A DNA stretch of 64,000 bases from an uncultured delta proteobacterium (GTDB lineage Bacteria; Desulfobacterota; RBG-13-43-22), in contig CAVQFQ010000016.1 in assembly GCA_963711835.1 (NCBI GenBank), positions 86,359-150,358 on the forward strand, given 5' to 3'. The notes below the pieces were generated by a model, which saw nothing but the letters and a program-made list of their open reading frames with translations, was not told where the DNA came from and ran no database searches. Shown in pieces: positions 37,289 to 48,690 of this stretch. The number at the start of each line of letters is the position of its first letter. Within the stretch, counting starts at the first letter, position 1. The position numbers and the translations under genes were made by a program.

Positions 37289-39406
37289 ATGCTCATCCTG
37301 AAAGGTCAATCCATGCACTTTTTCTTTGAACCCCGGGGAGTGGCGGTGGTAGGAGCCTCTCCCGAACCCCAAAAGGGAGGCAGTAATCTGATACAAAATC
37401 TTATATTAGGCTATCAGGGCGCCGTCTATCCCGTTAACCCCAAATATAACGAGATCTACGATCGCCCCTGCTACCGGTCGGTCTCGGAAATACCGGATCC
37501 CTTTGATCTGGCTATTGTCTTTATCCCGGCCCCGGGTGTGCCCGAGATCCTGCGCCAGTGTGCGGCTAAAAAGGTTAAGGGTGTTATTATCGAATCCGGC
37601 GGCTTTGCCGAAGTAGGGCCGGAAGGAAAGGCCCTCCAGGAGGAATGCCTGGCCATTGCCCGAAAGGGAGGCCTGCGCCTCTGGGGGCCCAATTGCATGG
37701 GGTATATGGACACACGGAAGCGGCATGTCTTTTCCTTTATCACGCCCGATGCCTGGCAAAACATCCTGAATCCCGGAGGTGTTTCTCTGATTGTCCAAAG
37801 CGGATTATTGTCCGGGGGATTTGTCACGACCCTTATGGACAACAAGATCCTGTCCCTCTCGAAGGTCTGCTCCATAGGCAATAAATGCGACGTAGAGGAG
37901 ACGGAGATCCTCGCCTATCTGCTTAACGATCCGGCTACCAAGGTGATCGGCCTCTACCTGGAATCCTTTCCCAAAGGCCGTCGTTTTTTCGAATTGGCCC
38001 GGGAGGCCCAAAAACCCATCGTGGTCCTTAAAGGAGGGAAAAGTCCTTCGGGGGCCAAGGCCGCATCCAGTCACACCGGATCCCTGGCCGGGAATTTCGA
38101 AATCATCCGGGGGGCACTGGACCAGGCCGGCGTCATTCAGGTCGATGATTTCTTTGAACTGGCGGATATGGCCCGGACCCTGGACAAGGATTTTCTTCTT
38201 CCCCGGCTCCGGAATAGAAAACCCCGCCTGGCTATCTTGAGTTATAGCGGGGCGGCCAATATCGTCACCACCGATCATCTCGAGAGATACGAGATGACCC
38301 TGGCCGTCTTATCCCCTCAAACCCAAACCCGCCTGGAAGCCTTATCGCCTTCCTGGATGCCGGTAAACAACCCGGTGGATTTTTGGCCGGCCGTGGAGAA
38401 AAGCGGCCCGGTATTGGCCTATCAGGAAGGTCTGGCCGCCCTTCATGAAGACCCGGAAATAGATGGGATTATCGTCCACATGTTTGCCGGTTTCGGGGTC
38501 TGGTTCCTGAACATGAAGGAAATCATGTCGTCCATTAAGGGCCCCCGCAAGCCCATCCTATTCTGGGTCATAGGGCATGAAAAGGGTTTCCAGGCTACCC
38601 GGCTGGCACTGGAGGCGGACGGCTGGCCCGTCTTTACTGAGATTTCACGGGTAGCCAGGGTCATGGCCGGCCTTTTTGAGCAGGCCCCCCGGACCACGGC
38701 TCTTCCCGCGAAGTCAGCCGAGAAGAAGCCTGAGGCCCTTCTTAAAAAAATTCAGACCTACCAGGACCAGGGGCTTTCGGTTCTGGACGAATTTCAGGCC
38801 AAGGACTGCCTAAGGGCCGCCGGTCTTCCGGTAGTAGAAGAGAGATGCCTCACCGGTCTTGAAGGGATAATGGCCGCTGCCCAAGAACTGGGGTATCCGG
38901 TCGTGCTGAAGGGACTGAGGCCCGGCAAGATCCATAAAACCGAAGCCGGATGGGTCAAATTGAATCTTCACCATCCCGACCAAGTTCAAAGGGCCTTTCA
39001 GGAAATAGCCGGCGGAGAAATTAAACCGGATGCCTATATCGTGCAGCCCATGCTGAAAGGGGAGCTGGAATTGATCGCCGGGATTCTTCGCGATCCCCAG
39101 TTCGGACCGGCGGTCATGCTGGGTTTGGGTGGGGTGAGGGCCGAGGTCTATAAGGATGTGGTTTTCCGCCTGGCTCCCCTGAACCGGGAAGATGTCATCC
39201 GGATGGTCTCGAAACTGAAAGGCCAGGCCTTGCTGAAGGGCTTTCGCGGCTCCAGGCCGGTGGATCCGGATCTTCTGGCCCAATGGCTGATCGGATTGGG
39301 GGATCTTTCTCTGACTGTTGAGAACATCCGGGAAATCGATGTCAATCCTCTTTTGATCGTCGAAGGAAGACCGGTGGCGGTGGATGCCACCATTATCCTT
39401 GAATAA
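37289..39406 (+). CDS. ADP-forming acetate/acyl-CoA ligase (alpha-beta fusion)
   Basis: AVVGAS, GFAE, GPNCMG, QSG, GNK.DV, SHTGSLAG catalytic His, C-terminal ATP-grasp (HKTE, DPQFGP, EIDVNP); alternative start 37313. Confidence 0.92.
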   Translation: MLILKGQSMHFFFEPRGVAVVGASPEPQKGGSNLIQNLILGYQGAVYPVNPKYNEIYDRPCYRSVSEIPDPFDLAIVFIPAPGVPEILRQCAAKKVKGVIIESGGFAEVGPEGKALQEECLAIARKGGLRLWGPNCMGYMDTRKRHVFSFITPDAWQNILNPGGVSLIVQSGLLSGGFVTTLMDNKILSLSKVCSIGNKCDVEETEILAYLLNDPATKVIGLYLESFPKGRRFFELAREAQKPIVVLKGGKSPSGAKAASSHTGSLAGNFEIIRGALDQAGVIQVDDFFELADMARTLDKDFLLPRLRNRKPRLAILSYSGAANIVTTDHLERYEMTLAVLSPQTQTRLEALSPSWMPVNNPVDFWPAVEKSGPVLAYQEGLAALHEDPEIDGIIVHMFAGFGVWFLNMKEIMSSIKGPRKPILFWVIGHEKGFQATRLALEADGWPVFTEISRVARVMAGLFEQAPRTTALPAKSAEKKPEALLKKIQTYQDQGLSVLDEFQAKDCLRAAGLPVVEERCLTGLEGIMAAAQELGYPVVLKGLRPGKIHKTEAGWVKLNLHHPDQVQRAFQEIAGGEIKPDAYIVQPMLKGELELIAGILRDPQFGPAVMLGLGGVRAEVYKDVVFRLAPLNREDVIRMVSKLKGQALLKGFRGSRPVDPDLLAQWLIGLGDLSLTVENIREIDVNPLLIVEGRPVAVDATIILE

Positions 39407-39749
39407 CCTCTTTTCCCCCCTTCCTCCGCCTCAATCGGCGGCTTTTCTGTTTGCGAATTTTTTCGGCCTGCTCCAGATGGGCTTTCCCTCCCTCTCTGAA
39501 AGCTTCAATCTTTTCAGCCAGAAGCCGCCAGGCCAGAAAACGGTTCAGGGTCTGGGAACGTTCCCTTTGTATTTTTACTTCAAGGCCCGTAGGAAGGTGC
39601 TTTAGATAGACGGCTGTTGAGGTTTTGTTGACTTTTTGACCCCCCGGGCCCCGGCTTCGAACAAACCGCTCCACGACCTCTTCCCGGCGGATTCCCAGCC
39701 TTACGAGGGCTTCTTCAAGGCCTTTTTGTTTTTCAGGGCGGATAGACAT
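39393..39749 (-). CDS. Peptide chain release factor-like protein (ArfB/YaeJ-like)
   Basis: SRGPGGQKVNKTSTAV, ERSQ..NR, basic C-terminal tail. Confidence 0.88.
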   Translation of the reverse strand: MSIRPEKQKGLEEALVRLGIRREEVVERFVRSRGPGGQKVNKTSTAVYLKHLPTGLEVKIQRERSQTLNRFLAWRLLAEKIEAFREGGKAHLEQAEKIRKQKSRRLRRRKGGKEVIQG

Positions 39750-39896
39750 GGAAAATCCTTGGACGGAAGACCCCAATCCCCTGTCCATAGGTAGTTTGAC
39801 TAATTACGAGTCCATACTACCAGAAAGGTTTTCAAAATTTAATTCCCTAATTTATTTTTTTGAGGTAATATCAACGCCATCCGGGACTATGGTAAT

Positions 39897-40036
39897 AGAG
39901 TCCATCCAACAATTAAAGATTTAAATAAATAGCAGTCAGTGATCAGCCAAGAGGTTGTCTTTTAAAGGGCTTTCCTGAACGCTGAAGGCTGACAGCTGAA
40001 CGCGCTCATCCGATAACGGTTTTCTCCGGATGAGCC
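39897..40036. repeat. Repeat family B, full copy
   Basis: AGAGTCCATCC...GCTGAAGGCTGACAGCTGAACGCGCTCATCCG...CCGGATGAG. Confidence 0.7.
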
Positions 40037-40058
40037 CCACTTAGAAAAGGTCACCTCT

Positions 40059-41792
40059 ATGTTTCTGCGCCTTGCCTTAGCCCAAATCAATGCCACAGTC
40101 GGGGATCTGGAAGGAAACCGGGAAAAGATAATCGGGTATCTGAAAAAGGCCCGGAAGACCGGAGCCGACCTGGTCGTCTTCCCGGAGTTGGCAGTCACCG
40201 GCTACCCGCCCGAGGACCTGTTGCTTAAACCTGATTTCGTTGAGGCGGCCAAAATAACTTTGGCTGAAATAGCCCCCGCGACCAAAGGTTTAGTGGCCGT
40301 TGTCGGCGGCCTTTGGGTCGAAGCGGATCTCACCAACAGCGCTGCGGTCTTTGCCGATGGACAATTGAGGGCCGTCTATCACAAACAGTTTTTGCCCAAC
40401 TACGGGGTGTTTGATGAAAACCGCTATTTCCAGGTCGGTCAAAAAAATCCGATCTTCCGATATCGGTCCGCCCTTTTCGGGGTCAGCGTCTGCGAGGATA
40501 TCTGGTACCCCGACGGCCCGCCTCACTTTCAGGCCTTTCATGGAGGGGCCCAGCTTTTAATCAATATCTCGGCTTCCCCTTATTATCTGGGCAAGGGCCG
40601 GGATCGGGAACGCATGTTAGCCACCCGGGCGGCGGATAATCGCAGTTATCTGGCCTACTGTAATCTGGTCGGGGGTCAGGATGAACTGATCTTTGACGGC
40701 CGGAGCATGGTCTTTGATCCCCAGGGCAATCTAACGGCCCGGGCCGGACAATTCGTCGAGGATCTCCTGATAGCCGACCTGGATTTAAAGGAGGTCTTCC
40801 GCTGGCGTCTTTTTGATCCCCGCCGAAGGAAACAGATCCAGACCGAAGACCGAACGGTCCAGGTCATTGAGCTGCCGGAGAAGAAACGGGTCAAAGCGCT
40901 AAAACCGGTTATCCCGAGGAAAGAATCGGCCTTGTCTCCTGAGGCGGAGGTCTATCAGGCCCTGATTCTCGGCACCAGGGACTACGTCCGGAAAAACGGT
41001 TTTGAAAAGGTTGTGCTGGGGCTTTCCGGCGGGGTAGACAGTTCCCTGACCGCCGTCATAGCCGCCGAGGCCTTGGGGCCCGGCCGGGTTTATGGGGTGG
41101 CCATGCCGACCCGTTATTCCTCGGCCCACAGCCTGGAGGATGCCGAACAACTGGCCGGGAATCTGGGGATCCATTTCCGGACCATTCCCATTGAACCGGT
41201 CTTCCAATCATACCTGGAAGTACTCAAACCCCATTTCAAAAACATTCCGGAGGACCTGACCGAAGAAAATCTTCAGCCCAGGATCCGGGGCACTCTCTTA
41301 ATGGCCCTGTCCAATAAATTCGGCTGGCTGGTCCTGACCACCGGGAATAAAAGTGAAACCGGAGTGGGCTATTCCACCCTCTATGGGGACACGGCCGGAG
41401 GTTTTGCCGTGCTCAAGGATGTCCCCAAGACCATGGTCTATGCCGTCTGCCGCTATCGAAATCAGCTTGAGGGCCGGGGGCTCATCCCGGCCCGGGTCCT
41501 GGAAAAACCGCCTTCCGCGGAATTGCGTCCCGATCAGAAGGATACCGATACCCTTCCGGCCTATGAGCTCTTGGATCCTATTTTAAGCGCCTATGTGGAG
41601 GAAAGTTGTTCCGTTAGTGAGATCAGTCACCGGGGCTATGATCCGGAAATGGTCCAACGGATAATCCGGATGGTGGATCGCAATGAATATAAACGCAGGC
41701 AGAGCCCGCCCGGCATTAAAATAACTTCCCGGGCCTTCGGCAAGGATTGGCGCCTGCCGATCACCAACCGCTATCAAGGCAAAACAACTTGA
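40059..41792 (+). CDS. nadE: Glutamine-dependent NAD+ synthetase
   Basis: Nitrilase domain (FPEL, K..LPNY, CEDIW) plus GLSGGVDS, ENLQ.RIRG, TGNKSE, PPSAELRPDQ, EYKRRQ. Confidence 0.97.
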   Translation: MFLRLALAQINATVGDLEGNREKIIGYLKKARKTGADLVVFPELAVTGYPPEDLLLKPDFVEAAKITLAEIAPATKGLVAVVGGLWVEADLTNSAAVFADGQLRAVYHKQFLPNYGVFDENRYFQVGQKNPIFRYRSALFGVSVCEDIWYPDGPPHFQAFHGGAQLLINISASPYYLGKGRDRERMLATRAADNRSYLAYCNLVGGQDELIFDGRSMVFDPQGNLTARAGQFVEDLLIADLDLKEVFRWRLFDPRRRKQIQTEDRTVQVIELPEKKRVKALKPVIPRKESALSPEAEVYQALILGTRDYVRKNGFEKVVLGLSGGVDSSLTAVIAAEALGPGRVYGVAMPTRYSSAHSLEDAEQLAGNLGIHFRTIPIEPVFQSYLEVLKPHFKNIPEDLTEENLQPRIRGTLLMALSNKFGWLVLTTGNKSETGVGYSTLYGDTAGGFAVLKDVPKTMVYAVCRYRNQLEGRGLIPARVLEKPPSAELRPDQKDTDTLPAYELLDPILSAYVEESCSVSEISHRGYDPEMVQRIIRMVDRNEYKRRQSPPGIKITSRAFGKDWRLPITNRYQGKTT

Positions 41793-41861
41793 CCGGCCCG
41801 TGCTTTTTCAATATTTTTTGACGGGATTTCTCGAAAAAAATCAGAAAGAAAAGGACTCGGT

Positions 41862-43815
41862 ATGAAAAAACCCATCTGGGAACCATCGGCTGAATTTATT
41901 CAACAGGCCAACCTGACCCGCTTCATCCGGGTTGTCAACCAGAAATACGGCACCAATATCCAGGCCTATCCGGAACTCTATGAGTGGTCCATTTCGCAAA
42001 TCCCTGATTTTTGGGAGGCCATGTGGGAGTTCGGTCAGGTCCGGGCCTCAAAAAAATATGATCGGGTGGTGGATGATCTAACTAAAATGCCGGGGGCCAA
42101 ATGGTTTGAAGGGGCCCGGTTGAATTTTGCCGAGAACCTCCTCCGATTTCGAGACGATCAAACTGCGCTGATTTTCAAGGGCGAGACCCAACCTTCCCGT
42201 AAGATGACCTATCGGGAATTATACGGACAGGTTGCGGCCCTGGCCAAGTCACTTCGGGCCTTAGGCGTGGTCCCCGGCGACCGGGTAGTCGGGTTTATGC
42301 CCAATATGATGGAGACCATCATCGCCATGCTGGCGGCCACCAGCCTGGGTGCGGTCTGGTCTTCCTGTTCTCCTGACTTCGGTATCAAGGGGGTCCTGGA
42401 CCGCTTCGGGCAGATTGAACCCAAGGTCCTCTTTACAGCCGACGGCTATTCTTATGGGGGTAAGGGTTTCGATTCCCTGGAAAGGGTGGCTGAAATCATC
42501 AAAGACCTGCCCTCCGTCCGGCAGGTGGTGGTCGCCCCCTACCTGGAGGGGCCATCCGACCTCAGCCGAATACCCAGGGCCGTCTCTTATGGGGATTTCA
42601 TTGATCCGGAGAAGAATTTGGAGATTGATTTTGTCCAAGTGCCGGCGGATCATCCTCTCTATATCATGTATTCATCCGGCACCACCGGTCTTCCAAAGTG
42701 TATGATCCAGGGCGTGGCCGGGATCCTGGTTCACCATCTTAAGGAACTGATGCTGCATACCGATCTCAAGAGAGAGGACGCCATTTTTTATTTCACTACC
42801 TGCGGCTGGATGATGTGGAACTGGCTGACCAGTTCTCTGGCGGTGGGGGCGACGCTGGTGCTCTTCGACGGCTCTCCGTTTTATCCCGAGCCGGGGGCCC
42901 TCTGGAAACTGGCCCAGGATGAAAAAATTACGGTCTTCGGCACCAGCGCCCGTTATATTGCGGCCATTGAGAAAGAGGGCCTCCGTCCCGGGAGCAGCTA
43001 TGATCTCAGTTCCTTACGGGCGGTCCTGTCCACCGGGTCCCCCTTGGCCGTTGAAGGGTTTCATTACATCTACCGGGAGGTAAAACCGGACCTGCAGTTG
43101 GCCTCTATCGCCGGGGGGACGGATCTGAACGGCTGTTTCGCTCTGGGCAATCCCCTTTTGCCGGTTTACGCGGGAGAACTCCAGTGCCGGGGCCTGGCCA
43201 TGAAGGTGGAGGCCTTTGATGCCCAGGGGAGAGCCGGTGGTCAACGAACTGGGAGAACTGGTCTGTACCGCCCCCTTCCCCTCCATGCCCCTTTATTTCT
43301 GGAATGACCCCGACCAGGAAAAGTATCTGAGCGCCTATTTCAAAACCTATCCGGGGGTCTGGCACCACGGGGATTTCATCATGATTACGGAAAACGGCGG
43401 GGTGGTTATTTACGGCAGGTCCGATGCCACCCTGAACCCCGGCGGGGTGCGGATCGGTACGGCCGACATCTATCGGCAGGTGGAAACCTTGCCCGAGATT
43501 GCCGACAGCATCGTCATAGGCCAGGATTGGGATAATGATGTGCGCATCATCCTCTTTATCAAACCGGCTCCGGGAGTCGAACTGACCGAAGCCCTGGTGA
43601 AAAAAATTAAAAAGACCATCAAGGACAACACCTCCCCCCGGCATGTGCCGGCCAAGATCATAGCGGTGGCCGACATCCCCTATACCATCAACATGAAGAA
43701 GGTGGAATTGGCCGTTCGCAACGTGGTTCACGGCAAACCGGTCCTGAACAAGGATGCCCTGGCCAATCCGGAAGTCCTGGATCTTTATCAGGATCTCCCG
43801 GAACTTCAAAACTGA
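41862..43815 (+). CDS. Acetoacetate--CoA ligase, one +1 frameshift at ~43230
   Basis: [18 protein letters not shown] in ORF 41862-43307; [27 protein letters not shown] in ORF 43216-43815. Confidence 0.9.
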
Positions 43816-43819
43816 TACG

Positions 43820-44386
43820 GTGCCTGAAATTATTCCAACCCAGCAGGAATGCCTGGCCTTGATGGAGGCCCATGGCATGCTCCCCCAAATCAAAGAGCAC
43901 AGTTTCCAGGTGGCCCGGGTAGCCGGTTTCCTGGCCCGGAATATAATAACAAGCCGCCCGGAACTGGATTTGGCCTTGATTGAAGCCGGGGCCTTGCTCC
44001 ACGATATAGCCAAGACGGAATGCCTCAGGACCAAGGGAGATCATGTGAAAAGGGGGGAGGAGATGCTCCTGGCCCTGGGGTTTCCCTCCCTGGCGCGTAT
44101 CCTCTCCCAGCATGTCCGCCTGAGTGAGGAGATCCTTGAAAACGGCCGAATGGACGAAACGGTCCTGGTTCATTATGCCGATAAACGAGTCCTCCATGAT
44201 CAAATCGTCAGCCTGGAGGATCGCTTCGACTATCTGATCTCCACCTATGGGCGTTCTTCCGAGGCCCAAGACCGGATCAAGGCCCTTTATCAGGAAACCC
44301 GGCATTTGGAAGAAAGAATCTTTACCAGCCTCCCTTTTTCCCCGGGGATCTCAAAGATCATCTTTCCTAACCTAATCGTGTCTTGA
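43820..44386 (+). CDS. HD/HDIG-domain phosphohydrolase-like protein
   Basis: HS..VA, GALLHDIAK, H..RG, HV, YADKRV; GTG start inferred. Confidence 0.85.
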   Translation: MPEIIPTQQECLALMEAHGMLPQIKEHSFQVARVAGFLARNIITSRPELDLALIEAGALLHDIAKTECLRTKGDHVKRGEEMLLALGFPSLARILSQHVRLSEEILENGRMDETVLVHYADKRVLHDQIVSLEDRFDYLISTYGRSSEAQDRIKALYQETRHLEERIFTSLPFSPGISKIIFPNLIVS

Positions 44387-44396
44387 GGATATGACG

Positions 44397-45270
44397 ATGA
44401 TCGAGATCGCAAAAAAATATCTATCTGGTCCCCGGAGAAAACAAATCCCGTTTTCCCTATTGCGCCTGCCTTTATGTAAAAGGAAAAGACATTCGGCTTC
44501 TTATCGACGGAGGAATGGGTCCGGCCGGGATGGAGGCCTGCCAAAAAAAGGGGATTGACCTGGTTATCCTGAGCCACTGCCACCTCGACCATCGCCTGAC
44601 CCTTTCACATTTTCCCGGCCCTCCCATCTGGTGCCATGAGAAAGAAAAGGTTTATTTAGAGGATAGGAACCGTTTCCTGGAGGGCGTCGGTTTTATCCGG
44701 GGCGGGATAGACGTGGGGATCCTTTTCAAAGGCTTTGCCGTCCCGGAATTTACCATCGAAAGAATCCTGACCGACGGGGAACGGCTGGATCTCGGAGGAT
44801 TGACTCTGGAAGTGCTTCATACGCCCGGACATACGCCGGGACACCTGGCCTTTTATTTTCCCGAAGACCGATTGCTTTTTTCCGCCGATATTGACCTAAC
44901 GCCCTTCGGGCCTTTCTATGGACATGATTTTGCCTCTATTGATGATTTTATTATGTCCATCCGTAAACTCCAAAAGATTGATGCCAAAACGGTGGTCACC
45001 GGGCATTCAGGCCCCTTTACGGCTGATCTTCAAGGGGCGTTCAAGGCCTATGAGGAAGTGGTGTATGAACGGGATCAACGGCTGTTGGAATACTTGCATC
45101 AACCCCGAATGTTCAAGGAGTTGGTTGGGAAAAACCTTATCTATTCGACTTATCCCAAACCGGAGAAATTAATACGATGGTTTGACCGGGTTCACTTGGA
45201 AAAACAATTGCAGCGCCTGCTGGAAATGGGCAAGGTTACAGAAAGGAACGGTCTGTTTGTAAGGTCCTAA
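44397..45270 (+). CDS. MBL-fold metallo-hydrolase, +1 frameshift in A7 run (44411-44417)
   Basis: SHCHLDH, HTPGHTPGH, D, GH; removing one A gives MIEIAKNIYLVPGENKSRFPYC...LLIDGG in frame. Confidence 0.85.
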
Positions 45271-45284
45271 TCAAAGGAGACACT

Positions 45285-46031
45285 ATGAATGAAAAAAAAT
45301 TTCCGATGAAAATGGAAGACCTGACGGAGGAGGAATTGATTGCCTGGGTTATGGAGGGATTTCGACGGACCCTGATCCATTACGGCTCATGGTTCCGGGA
45401 GGTGGACCACCAGGTGGGGATCCGGCGGGCCACGGAAATCGAAAGCGAAGCCGGTGATCTGTCCTGGCAGATTATGATCAAACGCTTGGCCGGCCTCTTT
45501 GGCTTTGAATTGGAAAACGGTGTTCCTAAGGCCTTGAAGGCCATGAGTAAAGAAAAACTTATTAAAGTCATTGATGCGGTGGCCGTCAACTGGCTGGCCA
45601 ATGACGGGGTCTGGTTTCAAACCGTGGAAAAACACTACGGCATGGACTATGCTAAGCGGTCCAACGATACCTGCTGGGCCCGGTTTTCCCCTTATGAAGC
45701 CCATCGTATCAAGCGATTGCTCGGGTTGCCCAAGTCACCCGGTCTGGAGGGCCTGAAGGTCGCCCTGGGCTTTCGTATGTATGCCCGCGTCAACAAGCAA
45801 TCCCTCGAGGAGGTGGATGAAAAGACGATCATCTTCCGCATGAACGAATGCCGGGTACAGACCGCCCGCAATCGGAAAGGCCTGCCCGATTACCCCTGTA
45901 AATCGGTCGGGATGGTGGAATACCCTTTTTTTGCGACCACCGTGGACAGCCGTATTCGAACCGAGTGTCTCGGCTGCCCGCCGGACCATCACCCGGAGCA
46001 ATGGTACTGCGCCTGGAAATTCAGCCTTTGA
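45285..46031 (+). CDS. DUF6125-like protein
   Basis: NWLA.DG.WFQ..E, C.VQ.AR.RKG...YPCK, C..CPPD.H....C.W.F; duplicated HYG.WF motif. Confidence 0.7.
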   Translation: MNEKKFPMKMEDLTEEELIAWVMEGFRRTLIHYGSWFREVDHQVGIRRATEIESEAGDLSWQIMIKRLAGLFGFELENGVPKALKAMSKEKLIKVIDAVAVNWLANDGVWFQTVEKHYGMDYAKRSNDTCWARFSPYEAHRIKRLLGLPKSPGLEGLKVALGFRMYARVNKQSLEEVDEKTIIFRMNECRVQTARNRKGLPDYPCKSVGMVEYPFFATTVDSRIRTECLGCPPDHHPEQWYCAWKFSL

Positions 46032-46107
46032 TTTCAGCCGGGGCCTGTTTCGGCCTTTCTTATTTTAAGGTTGGGGACAGATCTCCCCGGTTTATGAAGA
46101 GGAAAAC

Positions 46108-46734
46108 ATGCTGACGGCCAATCGTGATCTGATGCAACTGGCCAGGGACTCTCTGAAAGGGAATTGGACCTTGGCCGTTATAGGCAATGCTGTTTACCTG
46201 GTCCTCCTCCTCATGGTCCAGGGCATTCCCTTGATCGGCTGGATCGGGGGACTGGTGATCGGCGGGCCTTTGACCCTGGGCTGGACGATTTTCTTCCTGA
46301 ACCTGGTCCGCAGACAGGAGGCGCAACTCGCTCAGCTCTTTGACGGCTTTTACCGTTTTGTGAACGCCTTCCTGGCCTACCTCCTGATGATTATTTTTAT
46401 CTTTCTCTGGTCCCTGTTGTTGCTAATTCCGGGGATTGTAGCCTACCTGTCCTATTCCATGACCTTTTTTATCCTGACGGATCATCCGGAGATGGAGGGA
46501 CTGGAGGCCCTCCGCAACAGCAAGGTCCTGATGAAGGGAAACCGCTGGAAATTGTTCTGCCTTTTTGGGCGGTTTTTAGGCTGGTTCCTGTTGGGTGTTT
46601 TATCCCTGGGGATCGGCTTCCTCTGGATCATGCCCTATCTTCAAACCGCCCTGGCCCAATTTTATGACGACGTTAAAAAGGAAAGCGCGAATCCACACCT
46701 TGTTTTCGGCTCACCACAACCTATCCATCCCTGA
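46108..46734 (+). CDS. DUF975 family membrane protein
   Basis: AR..LKG.W, LW.LLL.IPGI...SYSM, S..LMKG.RWKLF, LW..PY....A.FY. Confidence 0.85.
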   Translation: MLTANRDLMQLARDSLKGNWTLAVIGNAVYLVLLLMVQGIPLIGWIGGLVIGGPLTLGWTIFFLNLVRRQEAQLAQLFDGFYRFVNAFLAYLLMIIFIFLWSLLLLIPGIVAYLSYSMTFFILTDHPEMEGLEALRNSKVLMKGNRWKLFCLFGRFLGWFLLGVLSLGIGFLWIMPYLQTALAQFYDDVKKESANPHLVFGSPQPIHP

Positions 46735-46850
46735 CCCTGGTCCCGGGAACGAAGGCCGCGGCCTAATAAAACAGGCTCAGAAACTTCTCCGCAATTATTA
46801 AGGGTCTCAAAATAATAGTGACCAACAGGGACCGGGGGGGCTTGTGGCGC

Positions 46851-48096
46851 TCAGGCGGTTTTCTTTTCAGGTATTTTAAATCGCAGGGCCATCAAGCCTC
46901 CTATCAAAGAAACCACGGTAGCCAGGAGAAAGGGGATGGAGAATCCCCGAGTCAGGTCAGAGAGAAGGCCCCCTATCCAGGGACCCAGGGCCTGTCCGGT
47001 GCCGAAAAAGAGGGTTACAAAACCCAGGCCGGCCGGGGCCAGCTTGGGTCCAACCAGGTCTCCGGAGGCGGCGGCCATAATGGTCGGTATGCTCCAGGCA
47101 CTCAGCCCAAAGAGAATAGCCGAAATGGTATAACCCCACGGCGACTTTAACCAGGGCAAAGAGCAGGTAGGAGACCGACAAGGTTAAATAGGCCAAGGCC
47201 GCTCCCCTGCCCCTTCCCAGGCGGTCGGAAATGCCTCCCCAAATTATGCCGCAAAAAATACTCAATCCACCCACCAAGGCCCAAAGTCCGTCGGCAACCG
47301 GGGGGTTTATACTGATCTCTTTGACTAAATAGGCTTTAAAGAAAGTCATGTAAATAACGTAGGAAAAGCCATACATGAAATAGACCAGCCCCAGATACCA
47401 GACGGCCTTGACTTTATAGACCCTTCCCCATTCCAAGGCCTTGGCCGCGGTCCCTGAAGGGATTTGGGTCAAAGGCTGACCGGATTCCCCGACCTGACTC
47501 AGACCCATTTGTTCCGGCCGACTGCGGATAAAGAGACCCGCCAATATGGCAATCAGCAGCATGGCCGCCCCCAGATATTGCCAGGCCTGGCGCCAGCCCT
47601 CCACCCCGTAATGGTTCAGAATAAGGGGTATGATGAGGCTGGCGATCATGGTCCCTACCCCAATCCCGGCCGAGACAATACCGGTGGCAAAACCCCGGCG
47701 CGAGGTGGCGAACCAGATCGATCCTAAGGCCATGGCCGGGCCATAGGCGGCCCCGTGGCCCAGTCCGGTCAGGAGCCGCATAGAGAAAGCCATTTCAAAA
47801 CTTTGAGCCAATCCGGTTAAGACCATGGTGATGCCCATAAAAGCCAGGGCGATCGTGATCACCATTCGGGCTCCAAATCGGGCTGCCAGGGCCCCACCGA
47901 TCAGGGCCATGAGCAGATAACCGATGAAGTTGCCTGTACCGATCAGTCCTAATTGGGTATAATTGAATTGGAGCCCGTCTTTCATGGCCGGCAGGATCAG
48001 GGTATAGGACATGCGCCCGAAGCCGTGGGCCCCGATGGTGACTAAGAGACCGCAAAAGATGACCACCCAGCCGTAATGCAGTTTTTTTCCGCCCAT
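46851..48096 (-). CDS. MFS transporter (YbfB/YjiJ-like), +1 frameshift at ~47146
   Basis: HGFGRMSYTLILP, GALAARFG, GGISDRLG; last TMs (GQALGP..GG.L.D) lie in ORF 46851-47159. Confidence 0.85.
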
Positions 48097-48116
48097 AGCG
48101 CCTCTATCCTTTTTTT

Positions 48117-48448
48117 GGGGTAGTCCCAAAGTTACGTGATTCTCAAACCGAAGGGGTAGCCTATTAAAATGTTAAATCACATCAAGGGGCTTCAGGGGTC
48201 TTGATTTCAAGGATTGTCCGCCAAAACGCCCGCAGCCTGAACCCGGGCAGGAAGTTTATAAGGGGGTTTAGAAACAGGCCAACACCAAAGCGATTTATCA
48301 TTTTGGGTGAATGCCCGGCTCCCAACCAACTTAGAAATTCGGGCCGGATTGGGGCTATGGATACCCTTTCGGACAACCTTAAAATCAAGACCCCCGAAGC
48401 CCTCGACGAATGGAGTGCTTAAAAATCACGTAATATTGGGACAAACTC
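48117..48448. mobile_element. MITE family A copy 3 (332 bp)
   Basis: Same TIRs; inner IRs 48186-48219 and 48371-48403; flanks CTTTTTTT / AATATTTT do not form an intact TSD. Confidence 0.88.
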
Positions 48449-48690
48449 AATATTTTTAGAAGAAACTCCCTATGGAATCATAATGAGAATGACTTTTTTA
48501 TGCAATCATAATCCCTTCGCCGGCAGGCAGGAAAAAATATTTGACACTCTTTCCCCCGAATGATGATAATAAATAAAAACCGCTTCGCAAAAAGTCAAAA
48601 GATCCGTCACCGAGGCCTAAGCCGTCCGCCCAAGGCGAACAGAACTTTTCATAAGGGAAGAGGCCGCCAGGTTTGGCTATGAGGAAGCCC

